Virus record (IMG/VR): IMGVR_UViG_3300002158_000009
Location: 1-31,457 of that record
Strand: one strand, 5' to 3'
DNA from: a virus
Lineage: Duplodnaviria; Caudoviricetes
Length of the DNA: 31,457 nt
The notes beneath the pieces are model-generated. The model did no database searches. It was not told the DNA's origin and saw only the letters and a list, made by a program, of their open reading frames with translations. This document shows, one piece after another, positions 1 to 7,451 of the stretch. The translations under genes were made by a program, and so were the position numbers. Positions within the stretch are counted from its first letter, which is position 1; each line of letters begins with the position of its first letter.

Positions 1-326
1 GCTGCAAGACCCTCCTGCTGCCCCTTGATGCCGATGGCGCGGCGCGCAGCGTTACGCACTTCGGCGGTGACGCTGTGGCCGAACTCCTCCGGGTCCAGCA
101 GATCGCGCACCAGGGCAACGCAGGCGGCTGTGTCGGGATCGACGCGCGGGCTGTCATAGATCACGCGGCGGCAGGCCGGCTGCCGCTGGATGTGCTGGAT
201 CATTTCCAGTGCTGCGGATTCCTGCGGAGCCAAAGGCGCACCTACGCGGGGTGTGCGCAGATCCGATTCGACCTGGACAGTACCGGGGCCGACATGCTTG
301 ATTTCGATGACGATTGCTTTAGCCAT
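1..326 (-). CDS. Phage early-left hypothetical protein (3' end beyond the window)
   Basis: Manual translation MAKAIVIEIKHVGPGTVQVESDLRTPRVGAPLAPQESAALEMIQ...LLDPEEFGHSVTAEVRNAARRAIGIKGQQEGLA, open to position 1; ATG lies 5 nt upstream of the TAA of the preceding gene (ATGGCTAA); not in the ORF track. Confidence 0.75.
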   Translation of the reverse strand, partial: MAKAIVIEIKHVGPGTVQVESDLRTPRVGAPLAPQESAALEMIQHIQRQPACRRVIYDSPRVDPDTAACVALVRDLLDPEEFGHSVTAEVRNAARRAIGIKGQQEGLA

Positions 327-657
327 GAGCGGCCTCCAGGAGTTGCATTTGGGGTTGGACAGGGGCGGGCTCATGCAGGGGCTGGATGTCGCTGCAGTGG
401 CCCAAGGTGTGGCGGATCTGGTGGACGGGCGCGGTGATGGATACACGCATGCCGCGCTTGAATGACTTGGCGCGCTGCTGGGCCTGCGCGCGGGCTGCTG
501 GCGGGTAGACCTGCTCAGCCTTGACAGGCAATTGGCCTGGGCCGTCGCTGTCGATCAGCAGGCATAGGACTGGCATGGGTGTGCTGTCCACGCCCTGGGG
601 CAGCGTGCGCACTTCGGCGTCCTGCACCAGGGTGCCGGTGATCAAGATCAGAGCCAT
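319..657 (-). CDS. Hypothetical protein, possible OB-fold/SSB-like (112 aa)
   Basis: MALILITGTLVQDAEVRTLPQG...KSFKRGMRVSITAP resembles the SSB/PriB beta-strand pattern; start trimmed from the 175-aa ORF; overlaps both neighbours. Confidence 0.6.
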   Translation of the reverse strand: MALILITGTLVQDAEVRTLPQGVDSTPMPVLCLLIDSDGPGQLPVKAEQVYPPAARAQAQQRAKSFKRGMRVSITAPVHQIRHTLGHCSDIQPLHEPAPVQPQMQLLEAAHG

Positions 658-782
658 GGCGCGCCCCCGAACTTGATGGCAAGGAGGGCGCCGAACATGG
701 CCAGGACCAGCCAGCGCAGCACGTTGCGGCGGACGCGGCGCGGACGGTAGGGACCATCCATCTCGAACGGCGGGCGGCTCAT
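648..782 (-). CDS. Small single-pass membrane protein (44 aa)
   Basis: MSRPPFEMDGPYRPRRVRRNVLRWLVLAMFGALLAIKFGGAPWL: basic patch then hydrophobic helix; ATGA overlap with the upstream gene. Confidence 0.6.
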   Translation of the reverse strand: MSRPPFEMDGPYRPRRVRRNVLRWLVLAMFGALLAIKFGGAPWL

Positions 783-913
783 CGTGCTGCCCTCGCGCTG
801 ATGGGGTGGCCGTGCCCGAAGAGGACCATGGCGCGGGCGATGGCATCCGCTGCGCCCGTGGCGCGGATCGTGTGGCGAGTCCGGCCGCATGTGACGGTGT
901 AGAGGGCCATCAC
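779..913 (-). CDS. Small hypothetical protein (43-44 aa)
   Basis: Manual translation MALYTVTCGRTRHTIRATGAADAIARAMVLFGHGHPISARAAR; GTGA and ATGA stop/start overlaps on both sides. Confidence 0.55.
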   Translation of the reverse strand: MMALYTVTCGRTRHTIRATGAADAIARAMVLFGHGHPISARAAR

Positions 914-1260
914 TCACCCCTTGCGGCGTCGGTCAGCTCAACGCCGGCCAGGCCAGGGATGGACATCAGCACGTCGATGACGTGGCTATCCGGTGGCGGG
1001 ATGTCGAGAGCCATGTAAGCAGTGCCTGCTGCTCTGAGGATGCCCTGCTGCACCCGGGCGTTCGCTGCCATGCACATGGCGTCCAAATCGAGCGCAGTGG
1101 GGCATTCTTGCCTTTCAGCACGTAAGGACCGTGCCACCACGTTGCACCAAAAATCCGCGCTTTTTGCGCGGTCGATTCCTAGGGCAACGCACGATGCCTG
1201 CGTGCAGACGTATGCACTGTTTGGAGTGGTCCGTGCGGGGACTGAAGGAGTGTTTTGCAT
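910..1260 (-). CDS. Hypothetical protein, first gene of the leftward operon (116 aa)
   Basis: AGGAA RBS upstream; directly downstream of the pL candidate; stop overlaps the next gene's start. Confidence 0.65.
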   Translation of the reverse strand: MQNTPSVPARTTPNSAYVCTQASCVALGIDRAKSADFWCNVVARSLRAERQECPTALDLDAMCMAANARVQQGILRAAGTAYMALDIPPPDSHVIDVLMSIPGLAGVELTDAARGE

Positions 1261-1294
1261 GCCATTCCTAGATCCGACCCACCTCCACTTGGGC

Positions 1295-1406
1295 CATTCC
1301 GTTCAGGGAATCCCTCTGGAGGACTGAGGGCTCCTTGCTCCGAATTTGGAGCGAACGGGTCGGATCGTATCTAATAAGGAATGAAAAATCAACCGAATTC
1401 GGAATG
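1295..1406. promoter_or_regulatory. Left operator cluster: three 18-bp imperfect palindromes
   Basis: cattcc-gttcag-ggaatc 1295-1312, cgtatc-taataa-ggaatg 1366-1383, tcaacc-gaattc-ggaatg 1389-1406; same half-sites recur at 2308-2359. Confidence 0.7.
1364..1392 (-). promoter_or_regulatory. pL-like sigma70 promoter
   Basis: Minus strand TTGATT-17 bp-TACGAT, overlapped by operator-like sites. Confidence 0.7.
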
Positions 1407-1440
1407 GATGTGGGCTGCAGGCTGTGATGGCAGGGCAGGA

Positions 1441-1460
1441 TACTGTTAATATATACAGTA
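1441..1460. promoter_or_regulatory. LexA (SOS) box
   Basis: TACTGTTAATATATACAGTA matches the beta/gammaproteobacterial consensus CTGT-N8-ACAG with an AT-rich spacer; ends 18 bp before ATG 1479. Confidence 0.9.
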
Positions 1461-1478
1461 GTTCACCAAGGGGACACT

Positions 1479-1934
1479 ATGGATCTGGGGGCTGAAGTCA
1501 AGGCGGGGGAGTGCCGTTTAGGTGGTGCTGTGCTGTACCACGTCCGCTGCGACGGGGTCTCTTGCTTGTCCGTTTTTGGTGCCTGCGACAGCCTTGAGGT
1601 TCGCGGTTTAGTGGACCTGTGGGCCGCTACCGCACCTCTTGCAATGCGTGATTCGCATTGCTCTGGGGTGGTGCTGAATTTTTCGCAACTGCGCTTAAGT
1701 TCACCGCCTGTGGGTGAGGATTTCCTAGGCAAGCGTGTCCCCGTTGCGGGGTTTGTTTGCTCGGCGGATTGCGTGGCCGCTTTGCGGGCACACGCGATCA
1801 CGCAAGTTCATGCAGGTCTACTTAGAGGGGTGTTTGTTTCGTCGGATCTTGCGACGCAGTGGGTGCGGGAGCGCTCTCTGGCGTTGAGCCTGCACCGCCG
1901 CTTGCAAGCAGCATCAACTGGGATGCAAGCATGA
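1479..1934 (+). CDS. SOS-regulated protein, STAS/SpoIIAA-like; candidate antirepressor (151 aa)
   Basis: AAGGGGA RBS and upstream LexA box; alpha/beta pattern VVLNFSQLRL ... GVFVSSDLATQWVRE recalls the F-x-x-x-x-x-A-x-x-W end of SpoIIAA-like domains. Confidence 0.6.
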   Translation: MDLGAEVKAGECRLGGAVLYHVRCDGVSCLSVFGACDSLEVRGLVDLWAATAPLAMRDSHCSGVVLNFSQLRLSSPPVGEDFLGKRVPVAGFVCSADCVAALRAHAITQVHAGLLRGVFVSSDLATQWVRERSLALSLHRRLQAASTGMQA

Positions 1935-2259
1935 ATGCCCGTTCTTGCTGATCTCCTGATGGCAGCTCATCCAGCTGTCGTGCCAAGTCCATAGCTAGCG
2001 GGCTTGCGGTCACTGTGAAGTTGGCGCTCTTTCCCAAATCAGGGTGGAGTAACTGCCAGGGCTCGACGCCGAACACTGTTGCGAGTTGGTCGAGCACATC
2101 TATTCCAACAGACGTTTCCATCGCCTTGATTCGGCTTGCCGTTGCTGGACTCAGCTTGGCCTCGCGCGCAAGTCTGTTGAGGTTCTCGCCGCCGAACTGT
2201 TGATGCATCAGCGTCGTCAGGTTCCCCCATAGGACTGGCTTGCTGTTGTGTGCGGGCAT
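1822..2259 (-). CDS. CI-like XRE-family repressor without S24 peptidase domain (145 aa)
   Basis: HTH LNRLAREAKLSPATASRIKAMETSVGIDVLDQLATVFGVEPWQLL; divergent from the cro-like gene across operators; start trimmed to ATG 2259. Confidence 0.85.
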   Translation of the reverse strand: MPAHNSKPVLWGNLTTLMHQQFGGENLNRLAREAKLSPATASRIKAMETSVGIDVLDQLATVFGVEPWQLLHPDLGKSANFTVTASPLAMDLARQLDELPSGDQQERAFMLASQLMLLASGGAGSTPESAPAPTASQDPTKQTPL

Positions 2260-2307
2260 GAGGCGTTCGGACTCCAGAGTGGACTCCAACGAGCCTATCT
2301 TTGATTT

Positions 2308-2359
2308 CGTATCTTTTGCGGTATGTTTTTTTGACACGATGCATTCCGTATTAGGTATG
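2308..2359. promoter_or_regulatory. Right operators: two 18-bp imperfect palindromes
   Basis: cgtatc-ttttgc-ggtatg 2308-2325 and cattcc-gtatta-ggtatg 2342-2359. Confidence 0.75.
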
Positions 2360-2361
2360 AT
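2331..2361 (+). promoter_or_regulatory. pR-like promoter
   Basis: TTGACA 2331-2336 and TATGAT 2356-2361 (19-bp spacer containing an operator); ATG begins 7 nt after the -10. Confidence 0.65.
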
Positions 2362-2367
2362 CGGCGG

Positions 2368-2604
2368 ATGGCTATCTCCATCCCTAGTTCTGATGACGTG
2401 CGCAGTCTGCTGCTGAAGCTCAGGCAGCGGGATCTTCGAGATGTGTTTGAGCAGACCGGTGTTCCTGTGCCGACGTTGGTGAAGATTCGGCAGGGAACAA
2501 CGCGCAATCCAGGCATAGAAACCGTGCGCAGCATCTACAGAGCGCCTGCGCTTCAGTGCCATATCGCCGGCGCGGCGGCCGGCAAGAGGGAGGCCGATGC
2601 CTAG
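2368..2604 (+). CDS. Cro-like HTH regulator (78 aa)
   Basis: LRDVFEQTGVPVPTLVKIRQGTTRNPGIETV is an XRE/Cro HTH; first rightward gene. Confidence 0.85.
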   Translation: MAISIPSSDDVRSLLLKLRQRDLRDVFEQTGVPVPTLVKIRQGTTRNPGIETVRSIYRAPALQCHIAGAAAGKREADA

Positions 2605-2866
2605 TCTTTTCTCCCCCTCCAGCTACCCGGCAACGTCGCCCGGGATTCGTCTCCTTCCCCAACTTGGTGCCGCACGCGCGGGAAGGCGTGTGCGGCTTGC
2701 GTTGCTGGCTGGTGTGGGGCTTTCTTTTCGTCATGCCCGCAGTGTCTTGCGCACTGCGGGTTGTCGCCATCCTGAAATTTCAACTGCTCAAGGGGAGCGC
2801 GTACGTCTGCGAGTTATGGCCTTGATGACTGGGATGGAGTGCCGCGCTTGGCTGATTGGTGTGGTC

Positions 2867-3382
2867 TTACTCCGGAGAGTCGGTGCGATTGCGAATCAGA
2901 CGATGCCACCGGGCAACAGCAGCTGCATGCGTGTCCTCTGCCTCCTGCTTGTCATCCGTCGAGAGGTCGGCAAGCTCCTCATTGGCAGCCTTCTGAGTGA
3001 GGGCAAGCGTGCGTAGGTTTGAGCACCAGTTTTTCTGCACCTCTGGTGCCAGCACCCCTATGAGCGCATCAAGGGCTAGATCTGTAGCCGCTTGCTTGTG
3101 CCGCATTCGCGCTGCGCGCCAGGCAAGGGTGGGCCGTTCGGGCAGAGCGTTGACCTGTAGCGCGCATTGCGCATCCGCTGCTGCCACGGCGTGCGCCGCG
3201 AGCCGAGCGGCCAAAGGGCTGCTACTGGGGAGCCGCTTCTGTGCCTGGGCCGCTGCTTTCAAGTCGTCTCGCAGCTGCTTTGCATCCAACTGCTGGCACG
3301 CGGCGGTCACGAGCATCGCCATTGCCTCGCCTTGTGCATTGATCAGCTCAGCGAAGAGCTGCTTGAGGTCTGCTTCGTTCAT
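2867..3382 (-). CDS. Helical accessory protein, antisense to the early right operon (171 aa)
   Basis: Natural-looking amphipathic sequence; own TACGAT -10-like element at 3415-3420. Confidence 0.65.
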   Translation of the reverse strand: MNEADLKQLFAELINAQGEAMAMLVTAACQQLDAKQLRDDLKAAAQAQKRLPSSSPLAARLAAHAVAAADAQCALQVNALPERPTLAWRAARMRHKQAATDLALDALIGVLAPEVQKNWCSNLRTLALTQKAANEELADLSTDDKQEAEDTHAAAVARWHRLIRNRTDSPE

Positions 3383-3475
3383 GTGTGCATTCAGTGATGG
3401 GCTGAGAGGTCTCCATCGTATCCAAGGCCACGCCGTGCATCTATCTGCGTTTTTTAGTTTTCAAAGGGGGCAGGG

Positions 3476-4000
3476 ATGACCCGTCGCTATTCCACTGCCG
3501 ATTGGCGTGACATCTTCTACAACGCTGTGCGCGAGGCGCCGGGGGGAGTGACTGCTGCGGCCGCGTTTCTCACGGACCGTCGCGAGAAGGCCATTCACCC
3601 GGAAGACCTTCGCCGCCGCCTGCGTGGCGCCGATGGCGAGTCGCTGAGCACCGAGATGCTTGAGCTGTTGAGCGAGTGGCTGATCGACTTGGGCAGGCCT
3701 GACGCCCGGCGCTGGCTCCAGTCTTTCAACGCGCGATTCTCGATGGCTGCGGCGTACCTGCCGCCCCCGCCTGAAGGTGGCTGGGCCTGTGAGGCCTCGG
3801 CCATTCGGCAGAAGGTCATGCAGATCACCGCGAAAAACGGTTTGCTCGCCGGGATCTGCTCCCGCGTGACGGAAGACAACCGGATCGACAGCACTGAGTG
3901 CGATGAGCTGGAGGCGGGCTGCATGGAGATCATCGAGCTGGTGTTTCGACTGCGCCGCAACGCTCGCCGCGCCGCTGGCCGGTCGGAGGACTTCACATGA
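3476..4000 (+). CDS. Phage CII-family regulatory protein (174 aa)
   Basis: N-terminal PGGVTAAAAFL...LRRRLRG HTH-like segment; C-terminal EDNRIDSTECDEL typical of 186/CP76 CII-like proteins; position after cro. Confidence 0.7.
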   Translation: MTRRYSTADWRDIFYNAVREAPGGVTAAAAFLTDRREKAIHPEDLRRRLRGADGESLSTEMLELLSEWLIDLGRPDARRWLQSFNARFSMAAAYLPPPPEGGWACEASAIRQKVMQITAKNGLLAGICSRVTEDNRIDSTECDELEAGCMEIIELVFRLRRNARRAAGRSEDFT

Positions 4001-4287
4001 GGCCGGCGGGGGAAGTCAGCATGGCCCTGCTGCAGGCCGTGGAACGTCTGTGGACTCCGGGCAAGGGGCCAACCATGCGCGAGATCGCCGAGGCGGCTGG
4101 TGTGGGTGTGGCAGCCGCCAGTCGAACCATCAAGGACATGCGCCGGTATCACCGGCTTGCCATCTGTGGTGAGCGCTCCGTGCCGGGCCGCAATCGGCCT
4201 GCAGCCGAGTATGCGCTGCCGCACCAGGTCCACGCCGCCAACGAATCGAATTTCGGCCTCACGCAGGCCCTGCGGCTCTGGGGATAG
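3997..4287 (+). CDS. HTH DNA-binding protein (96 aa)
   Basis: PTMREIAEAAGVGVAAASRTIKDM HTH; ATGA overlap. Confidence 0.8.
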   Translation: MRPAGEVSMALLQAVERLWTPGKGPTMREIAEAAGVGVAAASRTIKDMRRYHRLAICGERSVPGRNRPAAEYALPHQVHAANESNFGLTQALRLWG

Positions 4288-4364
4288 TCAATGATGTTTG
4301 TGCACGTCGCTGGTGTTAGGGACGCCGGCGTGTTTGGTCCGCTTGCGGGCGCGTGGGGTGCTGC

Positions 4365-7079
4365 ATGACCCAGCACCGGGAACCACTGCCCCCCATCAAT
4401 TTCGAGGCGCTGGCCGAAGCGCTTCTGCGGGATGCTCACAACCTGGTGCCGCGCTGGCTGCCGGGCGGCGCCATCGTCGGCCATGAGTACAAGTGCGCGG
4501 ACCTGAGCGGAGGCCGGGGCGACAGCTGCAGCGTCAATCTCATTACCGGGCAATGGGCGGATTTCGCCGCATCGGATGAGCAGGGCCGAGATCTCATCAG
4601 CCTCTATGCGGCAATCCATAGTCTGAGCAACGCCAAGGCGGCGGTACAGGTGGCGCGTGAAGAGCGGCTTGAGAGTATTGCGGGATTGGTCAAGACGGCT
4701 GCAGGGGCAGCGGTTGTTCCGGTTGCGAATCCACGACCGCAGCCGACGCCCAAGCCCCAGAAGGAGCAGGAGGGATGGAGCACTGTGGTGCCCGTGCCCG
4801 CTTATGCGCCCGCTGCAACGTTTCAGCACTACCACCGGCAGGCTGACGACTTGGTGCATGTGGCCGATTACCGGCTCGGCGATGAGCATCACGGCTATGT
4901 CGCGCGTTTCATGACCAGCGATGGCGGTAAGGACACGCTTCCCTACACGTTTTGCCAGTCCGCCCGCGATGGTGCTGGGCAGTGGAAATGGAAGCAGTGG
5001 GACGAGCCGCGCCCGCTGTACTTGCCTGGGCATGCGCTGCCGGGCGGCCGCACCGTGGTGCTGGTCGAGGGCGAGGTAAAGGCCGAGGTACTGCAGCAAC
5101 TGCTCGACCAGGTGGCGCCGGGCATCTATTGCGTTGCCAGTTGGCCCGGTGGCAGCAAGGCCTGGCAGAAGGCCCTCTGGGTCTGGCTTGCCGGGTGCAC
5201 GGTGCTGCTGTGGCCGGACTGTGATGCGCAGCGCGAGCGGTTGACGCGGGCCGATCAGGAGAGCGTTAAGGGTGACGATGCTGCAAAGGAGGCTCTGCAG
5301 GCCCGCAAGCCCCTGCTCCCCGAGGAAAAGCAGCCGGGCATGAAAGCAATGCTGGGCATCGGTCAGATCCTGCGCGATGAACACGCATGCACGGTGCAAC
5401 TGCTCCCTATCCCCAAGCCGGGCGAGAAGGTGAGCGGCTGGGACTGCAAGGATGCGATTGTCGAAGACGGATGGACGGCAGATGACGTGCTTGCGTTCTT
5501 CGGCCGCGCGCAGCCTTTGCCCGCACCGGCGGCTCAGGCGGATGACGCTCCTGCAGGGGCTGCAGCTGGCGACGACCAGCCGCCCAAACCCCTTGACCCC
5601 GTTGGCACGGGCGGCGGTGGGGTGATGCCGCCACTGGACCCGCCAATGGCCGACGAGGAGCCCGGCGACCAGGGTTGGCTTTGGCCGTTCTACGACAAGA
5701 AAAAGCGGCGCTGGGATCTGCGCCGCAGCCTGGTGGTGGCCGCCCTGCAGAACGACGCGAAGCTGCAGGGATGCGTTGCCTACAACGAGATGACCAAGGG
5801 CACTCAGGTGCGCAAGGCCTGGCCCTGGGCTCATGCCCAAGCGGGCGAACTGGAGGCCGACAGCACCCTGCTGCTCGGCTTGTATCTCAACGATGTTTAC
5901 AAGGTGGGTGACGTGTCAACGCAGAACATCAAAGACGGCATTGCGACGGTGGCCTATACCGAGCGTTTCCATCCCGTGCGGGAGTGGCTGCAGGAGCAGG
6001 AGTGGGACCAGGAGCCGCGCCTGGACAAGTGGCTGATCCATGTGCTGGGCGAGTCCCCGGAAACGCTGTCTCCGTCGATGGCCGAATACCTCAAGCTCGT
6101 CGGCCGCTATTGGGTGTTGGGGATGATCTGGCGGGTGATGCAGCCAGGTTGCAAGTTCGACTATTGCCCGGTGCTGGAAGGCAAGGGCGGCTTGCGCAAG
6201 TCCACGATGGTGGAGGTGCTGGCCGTGCGCCCGGAGTGGTACAGCGATACCAAGTTCGATCTGAGCCGGGGTAAGGATGCCTATGAGCAGGTGCGCGGCA
6301 AATGGGTGTACGAGCTGGGCGAACTGTCGAGTTTTTCCAAGGCGGATGTCAACGACATCAAGGCCTTTATCTCGTCCAAGACCGATAACTACCGTGTGGC
6401 CTACGGGGAACAGGCGCAGGCTTTCCCCCGGCAGTGCGTGCTGGTGGGCTCGACCAATGACAAGAAGTACCTGCGCGACCGCACGGGCAATCGTCGGTTC
6501 TGGCCCATCCCCGTGCGTCACGTCATCAAGACGGAGTGGCTTGAGCGCATGCGGGGCCAGCTGATGGCGGAGGCCTATGCGCTGTATCAGCAGGGCGGGA
6601 TTGTCTACACGCCGTCCGAGGACGAGGAAAAGCGCCTGTTCGTGCCCATGCAGGAAAGCCGCCTGCAGGAGTCGGCGGTGGATGGCGAGCTGTTCAAGCT
6701 GCTGACCCGGGAAGCCGGCATGAATGCCCAGTTCATCAACGTCAATGCAGATCGTGTGCCCATCAACGCACTGATCAAGGCCCTTGGCGTGGACATCGGC
6801 AAGGCTACGCCCGCGCTCAAGGGTCAGGTCGAAGCCTGGCTTGAGAGCAACGGATGGGAGTTCAAGGGTAGGCAGCGTGTCAATGGCGCGCTGGAGTCGG
6901 GCGTGTATTTCCGCCCTGCTGTCTGGCCGCCCGAGCTGGAGGAGGTGGCCGAGGACTGGACCAGGCAAGACGATGCCAGGCCCGAGCCAGAGGGGCCGCG
7001 CCCCGACGATCTGCCCTCCCTGCCCGATGGGCTGGGCGACCAGCCCGCCGCATGGCCTGGTGACGATGAGCCCTTCTGA
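4365..7079 (+). CDS. Primase/helicase: TOPRIM plus VirE/VapE P-loop NTPase (about 904 aa)
   Basis: TOPRIM motifs VVLVEGEVKAE and LLWPDCD; VirE motifs FHPVREWL, PGCKFDYCPVLEGKGGLRKST, YLRDRTGNRRFWP. Confidence 0.9.
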   Translation: MTQHREPLPPINFEALAEALLRDAHNLVPRWLPGGAIVGHEYKCADLSGGRGDSCSVNLITGQWADFAASDEQGRDLISLYAAIHSLSNAKAAVQVAREERLESIAGLVKTAAGAAVVPVANPRPQPTPKPQKEQEGWSTVVPVPAYAPAATFQHYHRQADDLVHVADYRLGDEHHGYVARFMTSDGGKDTLPYTFCQSARDGAGQWKWKQWDEPRPLYLPGHALPGGRTVVLVEGEVKAEVLQQLLDQVAPGIYCVASWPGGSKAWQKALWVWLAGCTVLLWPDCDAQRERLTRADQESVKGDDAAKEALQARKPLLPEEKQPGMKAMLGIGQILRDEHACTVQLLPIPKPGEKVSGWDCKDAIVEDGWTADDVLAFFGRAQPLPAPAAQADDAPAGAAAGDDQPPKPLDPVGTGGGGVMPPLDPPMADEEPGDQGWLWPFYDKKKRRWDLRRSLVVAALQNDAKLQGCVAYNEMTKGTQVRKAWPWAHAQAGELEADSTLLLGLYLNDVYKVGDVSTQNIKDGIATVAYTERFHPVREWLQEQEWDQEPRLDKWLIHVLGESPETLSPSMAEYLKLVGRYWVLGMIWRVMQPGCKFDYCPVLEGKGGLRKSTMVEVLAVRPEWYSDTKFDLSRGKDAYEQVRGKWVYELGELSSFSKADVNDIKAFISSKTDNYRVAYGEQAQAFPRQCVLVGSTNDKKYLRDRTGNRRFWPIPVRHVIKTEWLERMRGQLMAEAYALYQQGGIVYTPSEDEEKRLFVPMQESRLQESAVDGELFKLLTREAGMNAQFINVNADRVPINALIKALGVDIGKATPALKGQVEAWLESNGWEFKGRQRVNGALESGVYFRPAVWPPELEEVAEDWTRQDDARPEPEGPRPDDLPSLPDGLGDQPAAWPGDDEPF

Positions 7080-7232
7080 TTTCTTTCGCAACAACACGGC
7101 AGCGCCTGAAACGCGCTGCACTGCCTGCATGGCTGGAGGCGTGATTCGCGTCCATGCAGTGGCCAGGGCGACAGTGCGCCCGGCCTGCGGTGCAGTGGCG
7201 GGGATGGCATGCCATGCCCCCATGAGCTGATC

Positions 7233-7451
7233 TGTTCAGTTGTTCAGGGTGTTCAGGCATTCGCCAGGGGCCATACAGCAATAGCAACCCTTGATTTCAA
7301 GGGTTGAAGCCGCTGCATTGTCTGGTCATTGGCCGTTCACCCCAAAGCCCGGATGTGCGTAGGTGGGCGCACCTGGGCGCTGGCGCGCGTGTGCGCAAGT
7401 CCACTCGCAATCCCTCTATCTATTTGACTGAACAGGGTGAACAAATGAACA
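7233..7451. repeat. Putative replication origin with inverted iteron triplets
   Basis: TGTTCA at 7233, 7241, 7250 and TGAACA at 7429, 7438, 7446; palindrome caacccttga-tt-tcaagggttg 7285-7306; follows the primase gene. Confidence 0.6.

Noticed and set aside
2260-2562. N-terminal extension making the repressor 246 aa
   Set aside because: Runs through the operators, pR and the cro gene; the HTH begins after ATG 2259
4149-7223. Long minus-strand ORFs (563 aa and 435 aa)
   Set aside because: Antisense shadows of the GC-rich primase gene with no recognisable motifs
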